Assembly (NCBI GenBank): GCA_035084275.1
Contig: CM068748.1
Location: forward strand, 9,052,001 to 9,116,000
Direction of reading: 5' to 3'
Length of the DNA stretch: 64,000 nucleotides
Source of the DNA: Hydrolagus colliei
Taxonomy: Eukaryota
Shown here: piece by piece, positions 48,368 to 60,773 of the stretch
How positions within the stretch are numbered: position 1 is the stretch's first letter
How the letters are laid out: each line of letters begins with the position of its first letter
Program-made: the position numbers and the translations under genes
The notes under the pieces: model-generated
Told to the model about the DNA's origin: nothing
Database searches by the model: none
Seen by the model: only the letters and a program-made list of their open reading frames with translations

Positions 48368-48991
48368 CTGTCAAATTAATAGGAAAAATTATCAGGGATT
48401 TTAATTATTTACTCCATCAGCAGCAGCATTCAATACCAATATGGACTTTGTGTTAATGAAACGAGAATATCTTTAGAACCAAAATATTTAACCTTCATTT
48501 ATGAAACATTGAGGTCACAAATAGATGGGAGTTGCACATTTTCCACTCTAATTATAGAGCTAAATTTTAAGAGATATTTGCCAGCCTTTTGATAGGCTAC
48601 ATGTGTATTGGTGGGATGCAATTAAAATAGAAGCAAAGGTTGATATTACTGAAAAGGAGTTTTGAAAAAAACGAAACTGTTTATCCATTTTAATCCTTAT
48701 ATTTTAATATGAATGTTAAACAGAATTGCCACAAATATTTTCCTCTTATAGAACCATTGCATTTAATATTTGCTAATAATCCATCAAACTGCCTCCTGCT
48801 GTCATCATTTTTGGATGAGTTTTGTTGTGTGTTCTCTATACAGGGTGCTCCAATATTTCAGTACTAATGAAAGACCACCCAAACCTCCCACGTTACCGTG
48901 AACCAATTTTTCTCTTTAAGACAACAGATCTGTTGTTTTTAATTTTATTAAATTTTTTAAGTTGTAGGAACAGAGGGGAGGGTTAACTAAC

Positions 48992-49196
48992 CTGTTATGC
49001 TGCACAGCAGTCTGAGGCTTGGAGTATCGCCTCTGTATCCATTGGAAATTCCTTCCCCTGATGCGGGTGGCACGGGAATTGTCATAGTAATGGGCTTGTG
49101 GAATTTCCGCCTTCTGGGTTCCACAGTTACAATTGGACTAAAAGTGGCTCGATTTCCAAGGATCTTTTTCACAACCTCATCAGGGACAGGCTGGGC
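48992..49196 (-). CDS. ANK3: ANK3 ZU5-C exon
   Basis: 205 bp. Encodes [44 protein letters not shown]...LRLLCSIT. Confidence 0.96.
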
Positions 49197-50026
49197 CTGT
49201 GAGAAATGTATAATCCAGTGTTAAACTAGGAACAACAGCAATAATCTGTACATGTTGTAATCAAAGGTACATGACTAAATACAGTCACTACACTTTCAAG
49301 TACATCTTGTGAAGCATTCTGAAAAATCCTCCTGACGTGAAAGGTGCTATACCAATTGTAACTAAAACACTAATAAGAATATTGTTGTTGTTGAATGTGA
49401 GGATTGTATAGGATTATTACGTCTGCGCTACAAGAACCCTCTTCAGATTACATCATTTGCATCAAATGGTATTGAGGCCATTGTAGACCTCCACTCAGTT
49501 TTGACCCAAACTGAATGCCTTGTAAAAGCCAACTCGAAGGAGTTAACTTCCATGAAGCGCTGACTATTTCCTCCTGAAGCAAAAGCTTTGAGGCCAGTGT
49601 GTAATTCCTAGCTCACTGCATTTTTCTTTTCGGTCCACCTATTCAACAATGATTTGATGTACACTAGAGTCATACCATTTCAGGGTCAGATCAATACTTG
49701 GATTGATAACATACATGTTATGTTGCTCTGGATCAATATTACATTATGATTGAGAATTAGAACAGTGTGCTTAAGCCAGGACAATAAACAGTTTTTTTTA
49801 TAAAGTGGAAATAGCAAGCAAATGCATTGCAAATTTTAACAAGTTGTAGCATCATTTACAGATAAACATAACAGACCAAATTGGCAGCGATGGGTTCCAC
49901 TATAAGCTGTAGTGTTATGTTTTATTCCTTTTTACCATGTTAAAATGAAAAAATGGCAATTGAGTAGAACAAGCAGATTTCTCCCAAAGTAATGATTCAA
50001 AGGAAACTTGGCAAGTCAACCAGTAA

Positions 50027-50066
50027 CTGTGTGTGTATGTACTGTGTGTGTGTGTGCGTGTGTGTG
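50027..50066 (+). repeat. (TG)n imperfect microsatellite
   Basis: tgtgtgtgtatgtactgtgtgtgtgtgtgcgtgtgtgtg. Confidence 0.85.
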
Positions 50067-50505
50067 GAATGCAAAGAACTGAGCCATGTCAGCCTAATCA
50101 GAATACAAATTTTCATTCTAACTTAGTGCAAATGGGCCACATCGGGACATGTCACATTCAAATGTTATTAAACATCTGCCTGCATTTACATGGAGCAGAT
50201 GGAAACAATGTTCAAAGTTTATGTCAACAGTGTTCATTAAGGGATCTGAACGTCTGAATAATTCAGAACTTTTGGGGAGCACTATACAGAAACTCTGGAT
50301 ATTTGTAAAATGCTGTTATGAATGAAAGAAACTACCGACTAGATTTCTGGTCAGCACAAACTCAAAACCACGGTCTATTCAGATTAAGGCCTGTGCCCTT
50401 TGAGGTGAAACAAGCATTCTGTAACAACCATCTGCACTTTTTGTGCATCATTTACTTTTGATGAACTGATTAGAAACGTAATACACAAATGCATTACACA
50501 GTTAC

Positions 50506-50717
50506 CTGGAGGCCCACTCGGATTCTCTTGGTCAAGGCACCCTCTGGGAAGGATGCTTGAACACGTGGAATTGTTGAACTGTTCAACATTCCCCCTTCCG
50601 GTCCCATCTGATTACTTTCTTGTTTAATACGAGATACCACTGCAAAATACTGTGGGAAATCCTTGGAGACAACCCGACAGATTCGTTTCTTCTCCAGTTC
50701 TTCAAGGCTATCGAGTT
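50506..50717 (-). CDS. ANK3: ANK3 ZU5-N/ZU5-C exon
   Basis: 212 bp. Encodes [34 protein letters not shown]...[18 protein letters not shown]. This frame is not shown in the ORF track. Confidence 0.95.
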
Positions 50718-51654
50718 CTGAATATCAATGCATTGACATCTTACTATCCCAACTTTCCTCAGCTTTGATTCAAACAAAACTCAAAAGAAAATCATCACTT
50801 TCTAGTACTTATGCAATAGAAAACGTGAGTTCACTTTTCTCTTTAGGTTAATCTATTCTATACTGTAGCTGGATATGTCAAATGTCTTTTGCGTGGATTA
50901 TAGATCAAGGCAATTTCACTGATAAAAAAGATTAATACTTTGTACTTTCACATCCTTATGTTTATAATATGCCTTCGTGTCACTAAAAGGTCAATTTGAC
51001 ATGATCAATAACCAAACCACAATCCAAGACTGGAACAGAAAATCATCTCCTCTGAGAGAGGTTCTGATGGGTGGAATAAACAGATACAACTGCAGGAGGG
51101 CAATAAGAACCGCTTTATATATTTTTGTGTTGCTTTTCCAGGAGCTTTGGCTTAATTTACTAAGTGTTTTCTTAGCCATATTGTCACAGAGGCAGCTTAA
51201 ATCAAAAGCAATATTGTTTGTATGTTGATGGACATTTCCAATGCTCAAACGCATTTACTGTTGGCACATTGAGAATACTTGGAACAAGATTCCAATATAC
51301 ATCACAGGCAGCAAAACAAAAATACATGCAATAGGATTTACAGAGTTTTGCCACAGGTTCCATGTTTGGTTGGGTAAACAACATACCATACCTGTCTGAG
51401 TAAATTGTAAGATGCATGTCTGGGTTAAATAAATTATATTTAAAATAAAATGGCATGGGCAGATCAAATCTATCTGAGCAGCCTTTGAAAAATATATTCA
51501 TTCAATTTCTTGGATCAGTGGTGTGATCTAAAATCTGTAAGATATAACATTTTGGTCCATTGAATAACTGTCTGGGTGGCATCGGTAATCCTTTTTTTGT
51601 GTGTGAAGTGGGTGGGGTTACTAATGTAGGGAGGTGTTAAACAACAAAGTCTAA

Positions 51655-51772
51655 GGCTATTCACCCACGAATATGCGGTCAGTTCACTTTACAGTATATT
51701 CTATTAAGCCCTTTGAGACGTCTAGAAGATTTGAAAAACACTATCAAATGCAAAGATTATTATTTATTATTA
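51655..51772 (+). mobile_element. SINE 3' tail fragment
   Basis: cactttacagtatattct...ctttgagacgtctagaagatttgaaaa...caaatgcaaagattatt. Confidence 0.75.
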
Positions 51773-52950
51773 AAGCTATTGGGATGAAGGCACTGAACAA
51801 GGTCTCCAGAGATGGTCTTCATCTCATTCTGTGAGTTCTCCATTGGGTATCTTCATGCCTTCAAAGAGCTGAATCCTCATTAGGTCCAGCTAAATTATTA
51901 TATATCACGAGGTCTCTGTGCTAATTTTATTTCTATCCACTTTAACTTAAACACTGTGATGGGTGGGTTTTCCCAGTGTCAGACATCCAGTTTTCACCAA
52001 CAAATCCACTTTAAGAATGATCATGACATGGCAGTTTTTTTTTAAAAAGCTAATGTAGATTTTAGATGTTATCCCACAAAGATTGTGCAGTTACACGTTC
52101 TACAGCATAACAGGGAATAGTAACAGGAAACAAAAGCAATTAAGTTTTAAGAATCATGTCTGAGTTAAATTACTTAAAAATGCAATTGCTCAGTCATCAT
52201 TCCTCCAGGAAATCATTGGTTAAAAATCTAAAAAACAGAGATAAATTTGTTTGTTTTTCAGCTTGAAGGGACAGACTAGTGTCGGTTCTTAAAATGAACT
52301 CAGAGGTCCACAAAGCCTTGTCAACCCAATTCATAACTCGAAGCCTCCACATCTGTTGTACGTTATGCTATGTCGTTATATTGTATTTATCTACTGATAA
52401 GGTTTGGACATTACATTTTAGTGTCCACAAGAAAGTTTGACCTACACTATCTTACATTTAATCAAATTCAGTTAGGGGCATCGGATATCCATTTTCAAAG
52501 TGATTCTCAGATCAAAGAATGATTTGGCTTAAAGGAGGAATGGTACATCCATCAATTGCCAGACCTTCTACAAGGTACTGATAGTTTGACCTGCCAAAGG
52601 ACTATACATGTGCATTCAGCACAAATATATTCTTTGATAACTGAGGCCAACCACAAGCTTGAACTGAATAAAACTACAAGAGTAACACATCTGAAACAAA
52701 AGAGCATAGTCTGATTACCTTGACAACCTAAACACAAGGAATTCTACAAAATTACTTAAAATAGTTAATTACCATTATAAATATCACTACATACATGCAT
52801 ATAACTACCGTTGACTCCTCAGTTTAGTATATCCAGACAGCTGCTATTTTCCTCCACAAGGTAGATAAATGTCCAAATAATAAGACCAACAAATTTAGCC
52901 AAGCAGGCTCACAAACAGTTTAGAGAACACTCACTAAAGTGGATACCTAC

Positions 52951-53105
52951 CTTCATCCATGCCATTTAATATTTCATTAAGGTCCTGTTCTTTACACTCG
53001 TAATGGTGTTCTTTCCAGGTTTCTCCACTTTCACTTCGAAGTACGATGAGTTCCCTTTCCTTGTCTCGCATTGACCCGAAATGTGGTATCTCCACAATGA
53101 CTGGG
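52951..53105 (-). CDS. ANK3: ANK3 ZU5-N exon
   Basis: 155 bp. Encodes [33 protein letters not shown]...ILNGMDE. Confidence 0.96.
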
Positions 53106-55030
53106 CTAGAAAGAAAACAGACTTTTAGTATTAATTTTAGTTGACAGACAAGGACCTCTTTGGGGCATATTGAGTTAAGCAACCAGTTTCGTCATCTTAT
53201 CAGATTTCCTTAACAAAATGTTAAATTTATCAAAAACATCAATTTGATCGTTTCAACCCTTTGAGAACTGAAGTAACATTCCTGCATCATAAATCAAACT
53301 AACTTTCCCTCCAAGAGAGAAACATTAGAGGAAAAAAAATCATCAAAACAATAATACTCATCACATTCCAGGTTAAAGTTGTGCAATTCTTCTTATGGCA
53401 TGCGTTTGTGCATCACTGTATGTATACATAGAAATGTAGACTGTCTCTACATTTCATATACTTACTTTTAAGGATGTATTGTACCTTTCACAGTTTTGTC
53501 TGCAGGTTCAGGTATTTGCAAAAATGCACGTTTTAGATTTGATAAAAAAAAAGATTTCTGGCTTTTGTGACCTGAAAAAATTATTTCTGCACTCAAGGGG
53601 CTAGAAAAATAATTTAAGTTCACAAAGATTATAATGCCGTACCTAAAAATCTACCATGAGCAACAGTTTAAAAACTTTTTTTAAAAAAAGACTAAGCAGA
53701 CTGTACTTCATTCATTTAAAATAAAATATACAAAACATAAACGCTACCATTGAGGTAACAAGTATACTGCATAAACGTACACAGTACTTTCACCGCTAGT
53801 TTTCAGGGGTTTTAACTTTTTCTGACACCCAATAGAAAAACAAGCACATCAGGAATCAATGCAGTAATGTTCAGCAATCTGGTCATTCTCTTTAAAAATT
53901 GGCTTAATCGCATTAAAATGGTCATTTTCAGTAGATCAATTCAAGACAAAGTACAAAGTTTCAGGGTTTTTTTCCTCGCTTTGGCCAAAATGCACTGCAT
54001 GAAGAAATGCTCATTCTTTACATTTCTCTCATTCCATTTCATATTGTTCAAATTTTTAGACATTTACAGAATTTTTTTTTTGCAAATTTGATTAAAAGCA
54101 TGTGTGATTATTGAAAGGTGCAAAGGAAATTCAGTACTCAAAGGCTTATTAGTTTGGAAATACAGCCTTGTAAGGCAGCGAAACTGACACTGTCCCATTA
54201 AACATTTCGGCAGTTTGATCATTTCCTGTGTTTTAGTGCATGACATCCAAAATGAAAATATGGGTATAGAGAATGCAACAAACAATCACTTTAGATTTTA
54301 ATATTAATTTTCATTGAAAACCTCAAACTAATGTACATTTTGAACAAAACTAATGAATTACAATACAATTTTTCTGATTTAGAAGCAAACCTGTCTCAAT
54401 GGGCACTTTGATAAGAGCAGAATCTATTCACTTTCAAATTTATATGGTTCCTTATTAAGGACAATCAATAAATCTATTTTTTTTATTGACATACTGTGAG
54501 AGGTACATGACGCCCACAGATGGTACTTATAAAGTCAGAAAAGCACTTATATTTTATACTGAGATTACATTTTCTGCCTTTAATTTATGTGAATCTATAT
54601 GTCATATCCACCCATCTCACAACAGAAACACTGAGCTGCTTACACCTACTGGAAAACCAACATCTATTTTATAGATGCATCTCAGTTGATACCTTCTCTA
54701 TACCCAATATTAGATGCAAAGAGCTTTTACGTTTGACCAAAATGCATTTGAAGCAGCTGAAAGAGATTTTATATGTGAAATACAGAAGTAAAGCAGTTAT
54801 GAAGGCTGAATGCTTGCAGTGAATTGTAACATGCCTTAAAGCGCAAAGCTAATTAGCAGAGCTTTAATAAATCAAGCCACTATGATCTTCTTTCAGTGAC
54901 ACAAACTGAAAGTTTTCCAAAAACAGAAAAAAAACATGGGGAATGACTAAAATAAACACCAAAAAAATCTTCAAAAATTAAATTAAAAAAAGTCTGCTGT
55001 GACAGTTTGTATCTTTTATAAACATCCTAC

Positions 55031-55129
55031 CCAATAAATTTTGTTCCTCGAGGACCAAGCTGCAGGATTCTGCAAACCAAGCTCTCGCCCTCATTCAGAG
55101 GGGGAGGGTTGGTAGGAAGGTGAAGTTTA
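55031..55129 (-). CDS. ANK3: ANK3 99-nt alternative ZU5 cassette exon
   Basis: Phase 2/2, tatcag acceptor and gtagga donor. Encodes KLHLPTNPPPLNEGESLVCRILQLGPRGTKFIG. Confidence 0.85.
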
Positions 55130-55650
55130 CTGATAAAACATCCATGCAGCAATAAGGGAAACAAAAAGGGGAAAACAATGAACAAACTGTCATTCCCAAC
55201 AGTATCCATAATTTGAAGAGACCATTTGCAAAGCTTATTCTAATGTAGAGAATCAAAAATTACGAAGTACTGCCAAATTTTTTAGCCACATCATAGTGGA
55301 TTGTTTTCAGAGGAGTTTTTAAATTGAATTATTGCAGATGATCAAATAAAAATGTCATTTTAATTTATTTTTGATGGAATATTATGGTGCTTTGTTAGGT
55401 CACATTTAAGCGGTTAGGAAGTAAATCTTACCCTGAGTAGATGATATATAAAAAAAATCCTTCACATACAGTATTTAAAACCTCTAAACACCTAGACGGA
55501 ATCTGTTTCCTGGGTGGTTACAAGAGTTAGTGCCTCAAAACTAAGCTGAAAGCTCACAGTCAAGAATTTGTGAATTATAATATTAATCCACAAAAGAAAA
55601 AAAAAAATGAGTAAGGTGGTAATGGCATGAGAATTTCAACAATGACTTAC

Positions 55651-55875
55651 CCTAGGAACTGAGCACCTGATGGGCCAACTTCCACGATTCTACTGGCTAA
55701 CCCTTCCCCTTCTACCATGGGCGGTGGGCTGGCAAGCTTATGCCTCTTTACTAAGCGGCACGTGATGCGTGTCGGGGCTGTGCATTTGCGAGGTGGGATG
55801 ATGATACGCATTCCGTTATGGCGGCTGCCACGCATAGAGCCACCTCGTGCGTCCACCATGAAGCTAACAAGAAAA
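55651..55875 (-). CDS. ANK3: ANK3 first ZU5 (spectrin-binding) exon
   Basis: 225 bp. Encodes [43 protein letters not shown]...GPSGAQFLG, including the DAR spectrin-binding motif. Confidence 0.97.
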
Positions 55876-56309
55876 CTGTTGGGGGAGGTTTAAAAAAAAG
55901 ACAAGAAGGTTACTCCAAACCACAGAGGCAGAGACAAAAAAAAACATGCCTGTCAGCAATTTGTAACCATAATAGGTGTGAAAAACTAATGGATAAAATC
56001 AATCGGATTGCACATAGGAATATTATGCCCTGAGGAACACAGCACCTTTTAGTTAGGGTTACTTTGAAATATCTTCTGGTTTACATTCATCTCTTTGATA
56101 TGCCTAAAAAACAGTTTACATAAATCACATTTTCTAAATTTCCATTCAACTTTATTGTTTCACACTCTAGAATCAACAGCCAGAAATATTAGTTTGGAAT
56201 GACGTTGAGAGATAAGGAGAACAACACATCTGATCCAAGCACAAGCCTTATCCAACTTCAAACTTCACCCGTATAGCTTCACGAGTTGGTTTCTCAACCA
56301 TTTCCATTA

Positions 56310-56604
56310 CAGTAAAACCTTGATAATCCGACACAGTTGGGCCCACTCACCTCAAGGTTTTCAGTGTTTAGAAATCTGCCTAGAAATGGCTGGGGAAGGC
56401 CTGCCCCATACACCATGTGTGCTGTAAACACAGCACTGAAGCCAAACAATGCCCGAGCTCCACCCACAGTGCCGGATGATAGAGCGGCCACGCCAGGAAC
56501 TACAAGCAACTGTTGCAAACGTTGGGAGATTTGCCGATTTTGAAATCTTGCTAGATTTAGGGAGTTGTCAGTTTTCGGAATGTTGTATTACCGAGGTTTT
56601 ACTG
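56310..56604. mobile_element. Tigger/pogo-like MITE, 295 bp
   Basis: TA on both sides. TIRs CAGTAAAACCTTGATAATCCGACA and CAGTAAAACCTCGGTAATACAACA match at 20/24. Confidence 0.85.
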
Positions 56605-57402
56605 TACATATTATACTGTGTGAATCACGCTTATGTAACCTGAAAAACCTTTAAAATAATGTACATACAAATGTTCTTTCTTCTCAAACAGTCATTTTAA
56701 AAATACGTTCACCACAAGTGCCTTCAATAATTCAAGCATCTGCTATTTATTCTCTACATTCAAAGGAATATAAGAAAAGCTTGACGAAAAAAGACCAAAG
56801 TCCATCTAGTTTGCTTTCCACCTTCCTGGTGGTCACATTTATATATGTCCCAAACTACCTGTATGTATACTATATCCCATAATGTTATTTCCCAAACAAA
56901 AACTATCCAAACGGTGCTTGAAAGATCAAAACTTCTTGCTTCAACCACCTCCATTCAGAGCCTCTTACATGTGGATTCAACACAATAATTTTTCTCCTCA
57001 ATAATTATTATTTCTCTACACTTGAATCATTAACACCTTCTTCCTTTAGTGCAGAAATAGTAGTAGTCCTTCTCTCACAGGTCTATTCTCAACACAAACA
57101 ACCTCGCCTAGCTAAGGAAGCCAGGAAACACACACCAGCAGTGTTTGTAGTAGGAAAATTCTAGCATGTATGATCATGCCATATTTGAAATTTTATTGGA
57201 TAGAGGTACTGTATCCCTCATACCCTTCTTCTCAGTCACTAAATTCCCATAAAATACAAGGAGTCATTAGCCCTGTATCAAAAGTGCAATACTGTTTCAA
57301 CTAAGTGCAGTAGAATGCAATCACAATGTAACACATTTGTAGAGCCCAGTTGTCTCAGGAAATACTCTCTGGAGCTATAGCACAATCTGCCCTGCGACTT
57401 AC

Positions 57403-57509
57403 CCAGAATGGATGGGGCTGGAAACAAGGTTGATGTTATCTAGAGTGTCCGCAGTCCAGCTGAACCTCTTCAAAGAATCGCCGTCGTACTCTCTTGTGGC
57501 TGCAAGGTG
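57403..57509 (-). CDS. ANK3: ANK3 linker exon before ZU5
   Basis: 107 bp, phase 0 to 2. Encodes HLAATREYDGDSLKRFSWTADTLDNINLVSSPIHSG. Confidence 0.93.
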
Positions 57510-58859
57510 CTACAACAAAAATACCCAGAGGAGAAAGCAAATCAAACAAAAGCACAGCATGAAATGTTAAGAAACAATGATTTCACCCTTTTTGACAGAT
57601 GCCATTTGGTGGTAAAATGTTTAAATCAATGTGCATACATAATGTAAATATAAAAAATTACAAGCTCATCAGAATACTGTTTTGGAGGCTGGATAAACAG
57701 AGGAACAGTTTCACAAATGTATTTATGGAACTCCTACACATCTGCATTACTTGATAATTATCTCGTCTGTACAGTCATAAAGATGTAATCCCTTCAACCC
57801 TCCCCTAAGGGGTATCCTCTGTTTACACAAAAAAAAGAATTCCCAGAGAGTTTGAGACTTCAGATGACATTTACAAGCACAAGGACCTATCTTAATTGTC
57901 TGTAACCATCATCTGTCTCAAAAGTACCAGAGTTTCAATCCCTCACTGCTAACAGTAAATTCACACAATCTATAAAATGCAGATTCACACAATCTGTAAA
58001 ATGATGTTCATTAATGGTTCTCACAGGAACAATGGGACCAGGCATGTCAACAAGATTACAGCGTCAGGACATAAATGAGGACATTGTCAAAAGCATAACA
58101 GACAAACAGAATGAGTTTAAATAGTCTTTACAATGCCTTAGCGTCAAACAGTATTACTGGGTTATTCACTATCTGAATATAGCCTAGCAACCAATATTGG
58201 TTAGAAAATAAAAGTTTGTCAATCGAAAGTGAAAGCTGTTACTGATATATTTGCTCAAAAGAAAAGATGGCTATTATTGAAGGAATGTTCTATTGCACTG
58301 TGCTTTGCACATCCGCTATTTGTTTGAAAAATAACATTTTAAAACACCTGTAAATAGATTTTTTTAAAGCAATTATTTGTCCTCTGTTCACGATCACCAT
58401 CTTCACTGAATTTCTAAGGCTAAGTGGTGAAGGAAGACATTTCTCTTGTTTATTTTGGCTCCCAGCACCCGCCTTCTCATCGATTCAGTACTTGGGAGTG
58501 GATACCAAGTGAAGAGATGTCAAGGAAACACAGCATCTACCCCAGAAACGTAGTTAAAGTAATGAAATAATGGTGGTGGGCAGGAGATAAGTTGATGAGT
58601 TTCAACTCATTTTAAAATTGACACCGCACTATATTTTGCAAATAAAATGCTAAAATTATTTAATACATTGTGTTGAAAAGGAGAATGCGTACGTCCAAAA
58701 TAACCAACAGTGTTTTTATGCTACATTTTCAAAGTTATACATGTATGCAACATAGAACCAAACCAAGAATATTTCCTCAATAGCAACCCCTGCACAACTC
58801 TCCGACAAGTTAGGTGAGGAATTATAGATGGAAATGGGATTGAAAGATTTTGCATAAGA

Positions 58860-58920
58860 TAATAAAATAGCAGAACAGGCTCAATGGGCTGGACGGCCTA
58901 CGATTGTTCCTATGTTACTG
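58860..58920 (+). mobile_element. CR1-type 3' end remnant (similar remnants at ~26485-26565 + and ~56765-56830 -)
   Basis: aggctcaatgggctggacggcctac..ttgttcctatgtt. Confidence 0.5.
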
Positions 58921-59699
58921 TGCACATACTGAAAGTTTTACAAAGAACATAAGGCTGCTGAGGACAATATAAAATTATAAATTAATTTTTTTTGCAGAGA
59001 CAATATCAAAGTTATGGCATGTGATCCACTTTATGTGCTCATGGAATAGTAAGCAGGTTTAAATGGTTACTCAGAAGAGATTGATGCTGAAAGTGAATGA
59101 GGGCAGCAAACAGTATAAAACCACTGATGACCATCAATGAAGTTAGTTGATCACGAGACCACGTTGATGTGGATTGGTCTACACCAATTATTGTCATGCA
59201 GTTAGAGCAGAATAACATGTGAACAATTTTTACACAGCGTCAATAAAGTTGGCTAATGGACACAAACACTTCCTATAGAGCTCTGCCATCTGGTTCAAAT
59301 TAATATTTGAAAAACTTGAGTATTCCAAATCAAAAGGCATGATTATATAAGTGACTTTGTCCCTTCAGCCTTTTAAATGTCTTATTTATTTTCCACATAA
59401 TGCTCTCATTACAGAAAGGCAGTTTCCAACAGATGTGTTTGTGTTGTGGGGGGTGGCAGGCGGAGGGGAGGAAAAGGAAGAATCTTTTATAACTTTATTG
59501 CAATGTTAAATCATTGTAAATCAGGGAGGCCCATATTGCCACAAAATATTGCATTCTTGAAGCAATCGCAAGACTTTAATAATGAAAAGGAATCTGCCGT
59601 CTTCACGTTTCATGAAACTGCAAACTCAATGCCTAGTTTTCTCAGTTTAAGTACAAATCAAGAGTTCTGATGAACTCTCACAGAGATATTGCACTCTGC

Positions 59700-59891
59700 T
59701 GAAACCTTATTTTGGGAATAATAATCACTCAAATAAAAAAAATGGTTATTTTTAATCAACGACTGTTTGTGGGACAATGCTGTGTGCAAATGGCTGCTGT
59801 GTTTTTTCCACAAATACAGTCAATTCAATTACAGTATATTCTGTGATGCACTTTGAGACAGAAAACATGAAAAGTGCAAGGATTATTATTA
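59700..59891 (+). mobile_element. SINE 3' half
   Basis: gactgtttgtgggacaatgctgtgtgcaaatggctgc...ctgtgatgcactttgagac...gcaaggattattatt. Confidence 0.8.
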
Positions 59892-60470
59892 CAATCTCAT
59901 ATAAAGATGGAATATCTGCAATTACATTGATAACCGTAATGAATCTAAAGAGCTAGATTTCTCGGATTAGCTCTAAAAACTGTTGTTAACACTGTTGGGT
60001 TAGTGAGTGCTCAAATATTAATGGGAGCGAACTGCACAACAAGGTATTTGAGATACAAATCAGGAAATTGGAACCGGGCAAGTCCCAGTGCAGTAAACCC
60101 CACCCACCTTGAGGCCAATGGTTCAAGTTGCACTCAGTTTACAGAATACAGAGTACAGAACTAGTTCAAATTAATCTAGGTCTGAAGCAATTAGAGGCTG
60201 CATGTGTATGGAATTTGCCCAATTACCTTGTACAATAGTATCTAAGGCATCGCTGGCAACTTGGAAATAAGTGTAATTATATCCCAGGCTTCACAACTCA
60301 CTTTTCTCAGCACACACATTCCCCAAACACAAGGGAAAGTATGCAATAAGCATTGCTGATGAAAAGCAATCTGGAATGATCTCCAGAGGCAACAACACTG
60401 ACTTGTTCAAATTATAGTAATGTGGCTGGAGTTGGTTTGGCATTAGTTACGTAAGCCCAACAATTGGGTG

Positions 60471-60773
60471 GAGTCCTGTAGCTCAGTGATTAAGCACTCG
60501 CCTCACAAGCATGAGACCCATGTTTGAATTCAGGCAGGTCAGGGCGAAACCTTGGGCAAGTTTTCTTACTCCATACGCCTAATAATAAATCCCTCAAAAA
60601 AATAATAAATTGGTCATTTCAATCCACGACTGTTTGTGGGATACTTCTATGTGCTGCCGCATTTAGCCCATAAATATACAGTCAATTCACTTTACAGTGT
60701 ATTCTGTGAAGCACTTTGAGAAATCTAGATGTGAAAAGCGCTATATCAAATGCAAGGATTATGATGATTATTA
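60471..60773 (+). mobile_element. Full-length tRNA-derived SINE
   Basis: gagtcctgtagctcagtg head and gtgaaaagcgctatatcaaatgcaaggatt tail. Colinear with 15569-15870. Confidence 0.9.

Noticed and set aside
53431-53455. 10-bp hairpin gaaatgtaga/tctacatttc, and similar short palindromes (58189, 26282)
   Set aside because: Short, AT-rich, and near chance expectation in 64 kb.
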